In this document: piece by piece, positions 10,503 through 22,614 of the stretch | How positions within the stretch are numbered: the stretch's first letter is position 1 | Layout: every line of letters begins with the position of its first letter | Assembly (NCBI GenBank): GCA_016618085.1 | Contig: JABLTG010000177.1 | Span: 1 to 36,608, forward strand | From: Neovahlkampfia damariscottae | Lineage: Eukaryota | Reading direction: 5' to 3' | Length of the DNA: 36,608 bases | Program-made: the position numbers and the translations under genes | The notes under the pieces: generated by a model | What the model was told of the DNA's origin: nothing | The model's input: only the letters and a program-made list of their open reading frames with translations | The model's database searches: none

Positions 10503-11738
10503 ATGAACCTGCAGAAATCTCTGACAAGTCGAATTTTTCAATGTTTAAAACCATATGTAATATTTTTAATCATCTTAATTATCATTATTGGATACAATAT
10601 AATGATTGTTTCAAAAATAAAAAAAGATGAAAAATTTGGAACAAATCATAGACGTTATAAAGATCAAAAAAATAGTCCTTTAGGTGGTGAAATTATTTAT
10701 AAAATGTATCATGAATCCAAGAATTCAGAAAACTCATTCAACAACTTGAAAATTAATTTTATAGTGAAGAAATCATCACAAAATGGACAGAAATTATTTT
10801 TAGAGCAATATAATAATTGGATATCAAGATTATTTCCTACTTTAAGAACAAATTCAAATCTAATTGTATTTCAGAATTCATCATTTAGATTGGAAAATGA
10901 TTATATTTCCTATAGTCAAAATAAAAAGTTTAAAAATAAAAATATTGGAGAATGGTATAGTATTATATCACATTGGAGTAGAAAATGTAAAAGAAATAGT
11001 TATTCAATGTTTTTGAATAATGATCATATCATCATTCCACAAATGATTTTACATTTGATTTCAATTCGTTTATGGATGAAAACAAAAAGAGTTTTAGGTG
11101 TACAAATTGGAGAAAATTTTAATGGAATTTTAATGAAATGTGAAAATATTCCAATTTTTTTGAAAAAGATAAAACAAATTTGTCAACAAAAATCTGAACA
11201 AAAATGTCTTCAAAAGTCATTCAAAATTGGTGAAAAGAAGTTGTATACATATCGATATAATATCTTAGATAGTCAGAATAAATTAAGACTTGAACTAAAA
11301 ACTAACAAATATTTTGATTATTTCAATTGTAAATCAACCATGTTTTCACCTTGTGATCAATCAAACATTCAAAGTATTTTTAAATTTCGAGACAATAGAA
11401 TAATCACAACTGATATTGGATTAAGTTTAGATTTCATAAAATCTTCATTGTTGAATGAAATAGGTATCTCAATACTAAAACAAAGAGGATTTTCTTGTAT
11501 TGATGTTTGCGAAAAAAACAAAAAGAAATGTTTAAAGGAAGGATTTGTGTTGATAAATAATTGTGATATGATGAAAGATAGTTTATATTGTCGACATTGT
11601 ATGACATTTGATGAAGGAAATGACCAACCTTACATGATACAAGATGTTTGTAGATTAAAACAATTTAATCAATTACATGATACATGCAATGAAGTAGCTC
11701 CTTCTATAGCTGAAAGAATATGTCCATGTCATAAATAA
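10503..11738 (+). CDS. Divergent paralogue of the upstream glycosyltransferase
   Basis: Shares the N-terminal TM, NGILMKC, YRYNI, SPC, INNC and RICPC, but has FLNND where the paralogue has YLEDD. Confidence 0.7.
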   Translation: MNLQKSLTSRIFQCLKPYVIFLIILIIIIGYNIMIVSKIKKDEKFGTNHRRYKDQKNSPLGGEIIYKMYHESKNSENSFNNLKINFIVKKSSQNGQKLFLEQYNNWISRLFPTLRTNSNLIVFQNSSFRLENDYISYSQNKKFKNKNIGEWYSIISHWSRKCKRNSYSMFLNNDHIIIPQMILHLISIRLWMKTKRVLGVQIGENFNGILMKCENIPIFLKKIKQICQQKSEQKCLQKSFKIGEKKLYTYRYNILDSQNKLRLELKTNKYFDYFNCKSTMFSPCDQSNIQSIFKFRDNRIITTDIGLSLDFIKSSLLNEIGISILKQRGFSCIDVCEKNKKKCLKEGFVLINNCDMMKDSLYCRHCMTFDEGNDQPYMIQDVCRLKQFNQLHDTCNEVAPSIAERICPCHK

Positions 11739-11739
11739 T

Positions 11740-14138
11740 TTATTTTTGAAATATTGAAAATATCTCAATCAAATCATTCTTATTCACTGGTTTTGATATA
11801 ATTTCATTCATTTTCCATTCTTTTGCTTGTTTTTCTTTTCCTTTCATTAATGTATTTCCTGTTAATGCAACAATTAAACTATTTCTTTTCTTTTCATCTT
11901 TTAAATTTCTAATCATTTCAGTTGCTTCAATTCCATTTAAAATTGGCATTGAAATATCCATAAATATAATATCAAATGAATTAAAATTATTTACTAAATC
12001 AATTGCTTCTTTTCCATCTTTTGCTTTTTGAATATTTTTCATTTTTAATGTTTGTAATAATCTTTCTAATGATTTTAAAATTAATGGATTATCATCAACA
12101 AGAAGAATTCTTAAATCTTCATTAAATTCATATTTAACTGTTATTTCTTCTTTTTTTATTGATTTTGTAAAGAAATTTAATAAATTTGATGGTAGAATTG
12201 GATAGGTCAAATGATTAAATTCTTGAGTTAAAGATCTATCAGACATTCCTTGAACAATTAAAACTTTCTTTTTCATAAAATCATCAGGAATCAAATTAGA
12301 TAGATTATTTTCAACAATAATATATTGATTTTTGTTAAAATTTGTAGAATTGATTTCAATTTTCTTAACTTTAATAATTTTGAGTAATGATTCAACTTCT
12401 TCAATAAAATCATCATCTGAATGAATGATATTGATTTCATCACAAATTGGTTTCAAATTCTCATAGTAATGTCGACATGTTTGATTTTCGGAAACTTTTT
12501 CAATTGGTATTGTGAACCAAAATTTAGATCCTTTTCCAACTTCACTTTCAACTCCAAATTTTCCATTCATCAAATTTAATAATTTCTTACAAATTGGTAA
12601 TCCTAATCCCCATCCTTTAAATTCACTTGGTGAATATTTCTTTTCAAAAATTTGAACAAATGGATCAAATAAATTCTTTAAATATTTTTCAGCAATTCCA
12701 ATTCCAGTGTCAACACATTCAAAATATAATAATTCAATATTTTGTTTAGAAATTAATTTCATAATTTTGATATTTAAATTTCCAACTTTCGTATATTTTA
12801 TTGCATTAGTTATAAAGTTATTCATAATTTGTAAAATTCTTGATGAATCACCAAAAAAATATTTTTGTAAATTAAAATCAAAATTTAAATTCATTTTCAA
12901 TCCTTTTTCTAAACAAGTTTGTGAATTCATTGAAATTGAATTCTCAACAATTTCTAATAATTCAAATTTTGATTTTAAAATTTTCATTTCTCCTGCTTCA
13001 ATTTTTGAATAATCTAAAATATCTCCAATAATTGTTGTTAAAAATTTAGTTGAATTATGAATATCTTTAACAATATCTTTGATATCTGACGTTAAATTTT
13101 TTGTCAATAAATTTTCTGAATTGTAAGAAATGACTTGAAGTGGATTTCTAATTTCATGTGAAATAGAAGCAATAAACTCATTTTTTGCCTTCAATGATGA
13201 CTTGGATTCAATATTAAATTTCTCTTGTTCTTCAATTTTCTTTTCAAATGAAATATCTTGAATTAATAAAGCAATCTCTTGTCCATTGGTTGAAGAAGAA
13301 TCTTGAATTGTTGCATCAATTACAAACCATGAAATATCCCCTTCTTTATCTTCATATTTCCATTTATACCTTTGTCTGACTTTATTCTTTTTCAATAAGT
13401 CTAATTTCTTTTTATTGTAAAATGGAAAATCTTGTAAACTCTTTCCATGTAAATCTGTGACTTTGTATTTCAAAATTCCCTGGTTAACATAATTTATAGT
13501 TGAATTATCATCTACTATAATTAATACACCATGAATAAAATCAACTAAATTCTTGTATCGCAAGTATTGTTCTTTTACTTGTTTTAACACAGTCGAAACT
13601 GAATTTAAAATAATAAATATATAAAAAACAAGAAATAAAATACAAGCTTCAAAACAAATTACATACTCTATTGTATTTCCTGAAAAATAATACATTGACA
13701 ATGCTGCTTCAGTTGTCAGTCCAACGAAACATAAAAACTTTTGTGTGTTCATTGATGTGTCTTTATCATAAATAGTCATGATCAGTATTTGTGGAATTGA
13801 TAAAACCCACAATGGAATCAAGGAATTATCTCCAAGTATGAAATGATAACTTTAAAAAAATAGATTAAAAAAAATAATAGTTCCTTTTTTTACCTCGGAA
13901 CAAAAATGAACTTTTTGATCCATTGAAGAAAAATATGATTTACATTCCACCTCTTCTTCATCAATCTGACAATCCAGTGGAGTAAATAGTCAAAAAAAAA
14001 TAATAAAAGTAATGTGACGTTGAATTTTGAAAGAGCTACATAAGTCATTAACAGAAAAGCACCATAGAGTTCAAAATAGCCCATGACAGTTTTAACAACA
14101 GTTCCATAGGAGTAAAGGTTTGATTGTTTTTTCCACAT
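11740..14138 (-). CDS. Membrane hybrid histidine kinase (TM-PAS-HisKA-HATPase-receiver); intron 13850-13893
   Basis: H box SHEIRNPL, N box NNFITNAIKYT, DTGIGI, GWGLGL, receiver LLVDDN...IFMDISMP...SKP. A 44-nt intron joins the hydrophobic ORF 13890-14138 in frame. The true start is uncertain. Confidence 0.9.
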
Positions 14139-14617
14139 GACTTTTTGTGCTCTTCACACTTGCTATTTTTCAATTGGTTAATCCTTCTTCCAAATAAAAA
14201 CTCTAAAAAAAGGAGTACAATGGAGATTCTAGTGAATTCCCTAATGATATGTGTTTGTGTCCCATTTTCATCAATGTCAACAGAAATCAATTTAAAGCTC
14301 CCTTTTTTTTGGAACTGCATACAATGGTTCAACATTTTCTCCTTTTTCAGTGCGATGTTTATAAATTCTGTCAATAACAGCCACTCTGTGTCCATCCATG
14401 ACTATTTGCTTTGAATAAGCTTTTCATATTCTTTTTGCAAAAGTTCATTTTTTTCATTGCCAAACTTTCTAATCGTTCATTCAAGTGAACCTTTGGAACC
14501 TTTATAAAATAAAACTTGTTTTTCAATGGTATCGTTTTGGAATGTTTGAAATTCATATTTTTTATTCAATAAAAGTTGCCAAATTTTTGATAATTTTATC
14601 CATATGTTTCTGGTCTC

Positions 14618-14941
14618 ATGCAATCGTCGTTCATTCACAAAACAGATCAAATGTGCAATGAATTCAAGATGTTCGACAGAGATGTTAAAATTCCGTCACT
14701 TGAGATGACCAACAAATTTTTCATAGACACAACCAAATATCATTTTGAACAAAACCGGATATCCCACAAAATATCAATGAGCGCCGTTGAATCTGTAAGA
14801 CCATGTTCGTCTTGCAAAGAACTTTTTCCGTATAATCAATTGCAATGGGTGAAACCGTCAGCTGTGTTTGTAGGAATAGGAAGTTGCTGAGATAGTGAAG
14901 AAGAAGAAGAAGAGATATCTGTGTGTCATTCATGCTATTAA
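14618..14941 (+). pseudogene. Small CxxC...CxxC zinc-ribbon-like ORF interrupted by TGA at 14888-14890
   Basis: RPCSSCKE...GIGSC*DSEEEEEEISVCHSCY* reads in one frame. Confidence 0.4.
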
Positions 14942-15000
14942 TAAAAGTTGTATTTAAAATAATTGAAAACAATTTCAGAAGTTTCTCGACAGATTTTTCT

Positions 15001-15055
15001 TAGACTGGGTCTGTGCTTAGATTTGGTCTAACGAAATTTCTTTAGACCGGGTCTG
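15001..15055. repeat. Three 13-bp quasi-palindromic repeats, consensus TAGAYYKGGTCTR
   Basis: Copies at 15001-15013, 15018-15030 and 15043-15055. Confidence 0.75.
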
Positions 15056-15275
15056 ATGATTATTCCATAGTTGAGAATGATCTCTTGAGATTTTTTTTCT
15101 TCCCTTTCTCGCTTTTACTTGGATGACAGATTCAGTTGCTGTTACGTCTACAAATTCGTAGAATCTTCTTTTTGAGTTCTTGACACTTTTTACTGTATGA
15201 TTGGTCAATGCAAGTTCGTGGATTCGTCTCAGTGAGATAAGCGCTTCCTTATCATCAAGTAAATTGATTGTGTAT

Positions 15276-16298
15276 TTAAAATCCCCAAACAGCTTTACGA
15301 TGCTTTAGGGATTGGCAGTACACGGTATTTGTCATGTAAAGGAAGAGCGCAAATCCCACTGAGACATCCCACGCATTGATCAACGTAGAGTGTCTAGTTT
15401 TGTAAAGATCCACGAATTTGAGCGATATCTTGTTGAATTTTGCTTCTTTTGTGAGCCCAAGCAGCACATGTTCACCAAAATGTGGATTTTTGGTATGTTC
15501 AAGCAAATCTGAAAAAACAACAACAAAGTTTTTAGCATCTCCTTCGAAATCTTGAGCATAATCTAGAGCTGAGATGATACTGTTGGAAATTTCCGGCATG
15601 GTTTTTTCCATCATATCCTCTTTTCCAGCTCCGAAGCATTTGAAGTGGTCTTTGAAAGCAACACGGAATGACTTTCTTTCAGATTCAGTGAGATTTTTCA
15701 TGAATCCATATTTGTTTTTAAGGAAGTCGAAATCTCTCCCACAGTCATCCAAAAGCTGATCAATTGAAAATCTGAGCTCATCGTAAGCTAAAAACTCTTC
15801 ACTATTGTTGGAGTTGGCGAGTCCATGAAGCATCCCAGAATCATTCAAACCTAAAATCTTTTCTGATGCCATTTTGACAAAAACAACTTGTTCTCCTGAA
15901 TCATCTCTGGCAGCTATGATCCTATCCTTAACAATCTTTTGCAAATCTCCTGTAGTGAGCTTGGAAACTGCAAATATGAGGTGCTTTTTTGAAAATTCTT
16001 CTGAGAAAGAAAAATCTTCTGGAACGTCTGAGAATTCCGATAAGCCATAAACATTTGTCAAAGCTACATTTGGAGACTTTGTTCCCAGACTGCCAGTCGT
16101 TTCAGGAGCTATTGGAATCAATGATTCAGTTGGAGCTACTGGAATCAACGATTCAGTTGGAGCTGATGTAGCAACTGATTCAATTGTGACACCTGATGTA
16201 ACAGGAGCATCTGTAACTTCTGGTTGTGGTTGTGTAGGTGGTGCAGGAGTTTCTGTCAATAAAGTCTTTTGTGTTGAATAAGTTTGTTTTGTTGACAT
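15276..16298 (-). CDS. Hypothetical protein with a Pro/Thr-rich N-terminus; probably continues after a frameshift to 15017
   Basis: 340-codon intronless ORF, visibly less AT-rich than its neighbours. The +1 frame is open from about 15300 to 15017. Confidence 0.55.
   Translation of the reverse strand: MSTKQTYSTQKTLLTETPAPPTQPQPEVTDAPVTSGVTIESVATSAPTESLIPVAPTESLIPIAPETTGSLGTKSPNVALTNVYGLSEFSDVPEDFSFSEEFSKKHLIFAVSKLTTGDLQKIVKDRIIAARDDSGEQVVFVKMASEKILGLNDSGMLHGLANSNNSEEFLAYDELRFSIDQLLDDCGRDFDFLKNKYGFMKNLTESERKSFRVAFKDHFKCFGAGKEDMMEKTMPEISNSIISALDYAQDFEGDAKNFVVVFSDLLEHTKNPHFGEHVLLGLTKEAKFNKISLKFVDLYKTRHSTLINAWDVSVGFALFLYMTNTVYCQSLKHRKAVWGF
16105..16164. repeat. 27-bp tandem repeat (about 2.2 copies) encoding APTESLIP[VI]
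   Basis: GGAGCT recurs at 16105, 16132 and 16159 with near-identical spacers. Confidence 0.9.
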
Positions 16299-16440
16299 GG
16301 GTCAAAGAAGACTTATTTGATGTTTTTTTTTTGATTATGATAACAGAAAAATCTAGAAAATTCAAAAACATTTTCAAAATGATGAATTTTATTGAATTTA
16401 TTTTTCATCCGAAGAAAACCATTCATTGGTCAATTATTTG

Positions 16441-17626
16441 ATGTTGATGTTTTGGTTGAAATGGAGTTTAATTATTTCTTATTGTTCTATTGAATTTATA
16501 GCCAATTTTTGGACAAACTATCGTTCTGCCTTTTATATACCTCGACATTTTCAACCAATTTTTACAATTTTAATTTTGTTTTTTAATTTTTATTATTTTG
16601 ATTCAAAATTATTCGCTTTTTTTCTCAGTTTTATTGTATTTTCAGTTTTGAATTACTATGGAAATAAAATAGAAAAAAGTCAACATGAAAATCAAAATGG
16701 AAAAATTTTTGTCATCACAGGAGTTGCAGAGAATGGAATTGGTTATCACTTAGCAAAAGAAATTTTAAAACTTAATGGTGAAGTTGTACTTGGATGTAGA
16801 AATATCGAAAAAACAAAAAAAACAATTGAATCTCTAAAATTTGAAACAAAAAAAGAAAAAGTTACTTTCATTCAATTAGATATGTCATCCATGTCTTCAA
16901 TTAAAGAATTTGTCAATAAATTTGAATCAAAATATGATAGATTAGATGTTTTAATGAACAATGCTGGTTTAACAAATGATTCAGATACTAAATCAAAAGA
17001 TGGATATGAAATGAGTCTTGCAGTTAATTATTTAGGTCTTTTTTCATTGACAATAGAATTATTACCATTGATAAAAAGATCAAATGATGGTAGAATCATA
17101 AATACTTCATCAATTGAACACGAAGAAGGTCAATTTATCTTATCAGATTGGGAAGGAAAAAATCAAAAAAAGAGTTTACTTGAAATCATTGCTGGTGGAA
17201 TACATCTTTATAGAAGGTCAAAATTATTTGTAAACATGTTTACAAGAGAATTACAATCGATTTTAATTGAACAGAATTTCAATAATGTGAGTGTATTTTG
17301 TTTTCATCCAGGAATGTTTGATTTCTTATTGGAAGTTTAATCATTTTTAAAGGGTATTATCTGAAATTTGGAAGAAAGGATTTCCTCCAGTATTATATCC
17401 AATTATTAAATTCCTTTTACAATTAAGGATGATGACTCCAAATCAAGGAGCTCTCACAGGAATTCATTTAGCAACAAACAAGAATGTTACTCAAAGTAAA
17501 GGTAAATTTTTCTTCTTCAACAAAGTTTGGGAGGAAAGTGAAATAATAAATGATAGAAAAAAACGAAATGAGCTTTGGAATGAAACAGAACAAATTTATA
17601 AACAACATTTTAATAAAATGATTTAG
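16441..17626 (+). CDS. Membrane-anchored short-chain dehydrogenase/reductase (RDH11/12-like); intron 17316-17352
   Basis: ITGVAENGIG, DVLMNNAG, AVNYLG, YRRSK and HPG motifs; a 37-nt intron joins the last exon. Confidence 0.9.
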
Positions 17627-17649
17627 ACCAATAAAATCATTTTCTAGTG

Positions 17650-18372
17650 ATGAAGCGAATCAAAACATGCAATGATGAGTATCCAAAAAAAACAAAAGAA
17701 ATGGTTTTTTGTATTAAAAAATCAAATATTTCTACCTTGGAAGATTTATTAAAAATGTTTCCTGTCTTAAAAGAAACTAAACTTTTGAACGTTTATTTGT
17801 TCGGAAGTAGGTTATTTGGAACTGCAACTGAAAAAAGTGATTTTGATTTTTTAGTTGTTTGTGATGATTATGATGGTAATTTTATTTTAAATTCAAAAGA
17901 AAATGAAACACCAGTAGATTTGAATATCATCTCTTCAAAAAAATTTAAAGAAAAAATACTTAACTATTCTTATCATGAACTAATCACTATATGGTTTCCA
18001 AAAGAATATGTTTATTTGGAAAAATATCCAGCAATTGATTTAATTGAAAATCAAATTGAAATTTCTCAATTGAGAACTACTTTGAGTTTACAAGCAAAAC
18101 AAGTTTGGGAAAGAGCAAAAGAAAAATTTAAAGAATCAAAAGATTTTCAAAAAGGTAGGAAAGGAATTATCCATTCTTTGAGAATATTTGAATTTGGTTC
18201 ACAAATCGCAGTGAATGGTTATATTTCAAATTTTTGTGTACTCGAAGATGAATTTAATTTGATGTTTGGAAAATATAAAGACGAAGAGGATTGGGACAAA
18301 ATTAATTCTATCTTTAGAAAAATGTACCTCCACAAACATGAAGAATTCAAAAAAAATGCACCAAAAAAATAA
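17650..18372 (+). CDS. Pol-beta superfamily nucleotidyltransferase
   Basis: YLFGSRLFGTATEKSDFDFLVV (hGS...DxD), a third acidic residue in VDLNI, and a helical C-domain with HSLR. Confidence 0.85.
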   Translation: MKRIKTCNDEYPKKTKEMVFCIKKSNISTLEDLLKMFPVLKETKLLNVYLFGSRLFGTATEKSDFDFLVVCDDYDGNFILNSKENETPVDLNIISSKKFKEKILNYSYHELITIWFPKEYVYLEKYPAIDLIENQIEISQLRTTLSLQAKQVWERAKEKFKESKDFQKGRKGIIHSLRIFEFGSQIAVNGYISNFCVLEDEFNLMFGKYKDEEDWDKINSIFRKMYLHKHEEFKKNAPKK

Positions 18373-18473
18373 TATTATTCATCTCCATAACTATTTAAAA
18401 CAAGATATTCAATAAATTAAACGAATTTGTTTTTGTCATATTAATATTAAAATTTATTTTTTTCAAAAATATT

Positions 18474-19550
18474 TTATGCCCAAATTTTGAGAGTTTTATC
18501 CCAACTTCCTGAACAAATAGCGTTTCCATCTGGAGAAAGTTGTAAACTTGTTACTTTTGCACCATGATCAGCCAATGAACCAATTTTTTTACCTTTCAAT
18601 GTATCCCAAATAACAATTTCTTTATCATCATATGCAGTAAAAAGATATTTTCCACTTTTTGAAAATGAAACTGAAAGTACAGTATCTTTCTCTTTTTCAT
18701 CTATTTTGTAAACCATTAATTCTCTATTTGCTCTTAAATCAAATAATTTTGCTAATTTATCATCACCACCTGAAGCAAAAGCGTTTCCATTTGTCAAGAA
18801 ATGAAGTGAATTAATATCACGTTTATGTGCATTCGAAAAGCTTTGAGTACATTTTCCAGAACGAACATCCCAAAGTCTAATACTTGCATCTGTACTACCT
18901 GTTAAAAACACATCTGAATTTGTTTTAAGTGTTGCAAGACTAATTACATCACCTGTATGTTCTTCAAATTTTTGAGTTCTTGATCCCAGTTCAACATCCC
19001 ATAAAGCACAAAGTTTATCACCAGAAGCTGTAATAAGTGTTTTGTCATCGGTAAATTTGCAATTGGAAATATATCCAGTATGAAAATTTAATTCTTTAAT
19101 TGGTTCAGGTTTACCAACTTCATAAATAGAACAAGTGTTGTCTTGAAAAAAAAACTCCAGTTAAATTTTTTTTTTTTTTTTTTTTTTACCTAATCCACCA
19201 GAAGCAATTATATCTTTAGATCCAACACCATAAGTACAACACATTACCCAACGACTTTTTAAAGCAATAGCGGAAAGTTTAAATGTTGTGTGAGCATTCC
19301 AGACAATAAGTTTACCATCTTGTGAAGCAGATACAAGTTTTTTTGAATCACCTGACCATCCAACAGAAACAACTTTTGCCAAGTGTCCTTCCAAAGTTCT
19401 TTTTGGTTTTCCAAATTTTGGTACATTAGCATCTTTTATGTCTGTTTTTTCTAAACTCGCATCGTTTGTTTGTTCTTGTGCTTTTTTTATGGCTTCTTGT
19501 AATTCTGTCTTTCTCTTTTTTGCATCATCAATTTTTTCTTGGAGACTCAT
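18474..19550 (-). CDS. GNB: Heterotrimeric G-protein beta subunit; intron 19142-19189
   Basis: N-terminal coiled coil, [40 protein letters not shown] across the intron, and [10 protein letters not shown]. Confidence 0.95.
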
Positions 19551-19727
19551 CACTTTTCAACGTTGTTGTTAAAAAAAAAATGAACCAATTAAATTTGTTT
19601 TTCTCCCTGTGGAGAAATATTTTTAAAAAAAAAGTTAAAATTTCAAAAGAATATTTAAAAAAAATCAAAAAAAATATTGAAAAATTAATTTAAAGATGAT
19701 TGGTTGTTTCAAAAGCAACTTTCTGTA

Positions 19728-20674
19728 ATGTCTATTTTTCATCCATTCAAATCACCACACCATGCATTGTTTGGTGAAGAAATGATGGAAGAAACATTGA
19801 AAATTATAAATAAAACTATTTATCGACAATATGAATTGCATAAAGATGACATTGAAAATATTGAAGTAAAAAAAAAAAAAAAAAAAAATTAAAAAAAAAA
19901 GATTGAAGGAAAAATTGGAAGAATAATTGATAAAAGAACAGAAAAAAGAATAAGTTTACCTGTACAAAATGAAGTCATTCTGAATACAACAGATACCTAT
20001 TTTCTTTCTAACGTTGATGACGTAAGAGTTAAAGAATAAATTAAAAACCATAGTCAACTTTTAAACTTTTAAATCATTTTTTAAATCAAAGATATTCAGC
20101 TATTAATCAAAATGTTAATTATAAAGGACCAAAAATGAAATATGAAAAAAAAAGAGAATGTGATTTGTTTTATAAAAATTCAAAGTCATATGATAAAATT
20201 AGAGTTGCCATTGATTCAGATACACAAAAACCATTAAAATCAATTCAAAAAGAAAAAAAAATTAATTTAGATTTTCATGTTCCAAATTTATATCATGATT
20301 TTCGTATTACAATTGCAGTTGAATTTCAAAGAGAATTTCCAAAAGAAACAGATGTTGCACAAAGACAACGTGAAAAAGATAGAATTTCATATTATTTTGA
20401 TAATTATCAAATTGACATCTCCGTTGTAACAGAATCAAAATTAGATAATTTTGGTAATCCAATATTGACAACTGGTCAAAAAACGAATGAAATTGAAATT
20501 GAACTAAATTCAAAGATTTTGTATAAAGAAAAATTAAAACTTGATAAAAGAGAAAAAAATTATTATGAGTACATAACCAAAGATTATTTAAATTCAATTC
20601 GTTCATTGGTTAAAATGTGTGAACCAATAGATAATGGAATAAATGAACCACCAACAAAAAAAATAAAAAAATAA
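19728..20674 (+). CDS. CET1: Cet1/TTM-type mRNA 5' triphosphatase; introns 19866-19901 and 20022-20053
   Basis: Spliced motif A IEIEGKIG, then RISLPV, DFRITIAVE, REKDRISY, IDISVV and motif C EIEIE. Confidence 0.85.
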
Positions 20675-20678
20675 AATT

Positions 20679-22569
20679 TTAAACATTTGCATTGATATTA
20701 CCAGTCATATCTGTTTGTGATTGAACTAAAATTGTTTTTTGTCTTTTTGGTAATTCAGTTAATACAGATCCAATGATAATTCCTTTTTGTTTGATTAACT
20801 GAAATTCTTTTGTTGATATCCATCTTGAATATGTATCAAATAGATTAATATTTGCATCATTAAGTACTGAATCAAACAAATCATCTTTTAAAAGAGTTCC
20901 ACTATCAATAATATTCTTAATTCGATCTATTTTGATTGTACTTGTATTCAATTCCAATAATGATTCTGATGTTAAATATTTTTCAATTATTTCAATTGCC
21001 ATCTCCCTTTTTGATTTTTGATTTATTTTTTTGTATTTCATCACATCAACTCTAAATGAGAAATTTTCAATAGAATATTCTTCTACACAAAATTTTTCAA
21101 AACTTTCTTTGTATTCATCATTTTCAAAAATAGCATCCAATTGATGATATTCCATTTCTTTTTTGAGAAATATTTTTTTGAATGATAAAATGATAGTGAT
21201 AGTTAAAGATAAAATAACAACTAAAAAAACTAAAATATATCGAAGTAATGATGATAATATAAAATGAATTATATCTGAATGTGGTACAAAATTGAATATT
21301 AAAAATACTATATATGCTGGAAATGCAAACAATAATTCAATTCGACTAAAAAATCTATCTGTTTGAATAAATTTCAAAATTTGACATTTAAAGAGTAAAT
21401 TTATATGAACTACAGCATCAATGATTGAATACAAAATATAAAATGAAATAGAGATAGTAATGATGGAAAAATGAATTGCAATGATTGTAGTATCTTGTAA
21501 ATTTGAACATTTGAATTGAAAACCAGCTAAAGTAACAAAATATATAATTTGATATGTTATACTCATAAAAATTAAAAACACAATTAATGTTTTTGTGTCT
21601 CCTAATATTTTTAATAATTTGAATCGAATAGGAAGAGATACTTTTACTTCTCCTCTTTTATCCATTTGATATTGTATTACTTTTTGATATTTTGCTTTTG
21701 TAATCAAAAAGTATCGAAATAACAAAATTGGTGGTAAAAAAAATGTGACTTCCTCCAAGGGATAGATTCCAAAAACTTCAAAAAAACATAAATTATAATT
21801 TCTTTGTTCATAATCTAAATAAGTCATAGAATGATATAAAAAATTATTACAAAGTTGAAAAATTAAAACAACAAATGGTGCAATACTTCTTGTATTCATT
21901 GGATAATCATTTCTATAATAAAATGATAAGAATAATAGTATGATATAAAAAATTTGTGTAATGGTCAAAGAAATCCAATTTTGAGTGTCTAATCTACCAT
22001 TTCCAAGTACTCTTCCAAAACATGGAAATCCATCTTGAAAATTTTAGTCAATAAATTGACCAATTACCATCATTTAATACTCTAAATTTTAATCTGTTGA
22101 TAAGATAATTCTTGGAAACTATTTCATCAAAATTGTCTGGTATTTTTCCTGGGTATTTAATAAGATGTATATGACTTTGATTTTTCAGTTCTTCTTTTGG
22201 CAGTTTAAATGTAAAGTCCAAACTTTGATCAATATAATTGTTGAAATTCTCTGTTATAAAAAATGAATTTGAAGAATTCAATAACTGTCTTGACGTTTTG
22301 TTCATTTTATGAATTATATTTGGAAATTTAAAAAAATAAAACGTATCAGATGAATTAATAGTGAACTTTGAAGTTTCTTTAGACATTAATATCCCAAGCC
22401 ATTCATTTCTATTTGTTGTTCTAACTTCAAAAAGTAACTCTGTTGAATTTTTGATCCAGTTCCTCTTTATTCTGATATTCTGAAATATTATACAACTTTG
22501 AAACCGCTCCACAATTAAAAACAAAAATAAGATTATCACTTTCAACTGTGGTGTTGACTGTGGTACCAT
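20679..22569 (-). CDS. Signal peptide + DOMON-like ectodomain + 7TM + RGS protein; intron 22034-22067
   Basis: A 34-nt intron joins the two ORFs. About seven hydrophobic segments, then RGS FEKFCVEEYSIENFSF...ELN...DTYSRW. The DOMON call (W...F.V...WLGI...SD) is weaker. Confidence 0.8.
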
Positions 22570-22614
22570 TAGTCAAAAATAGTTATCCAATCAAATGATT
22601 TTAGTGAAACAAAT

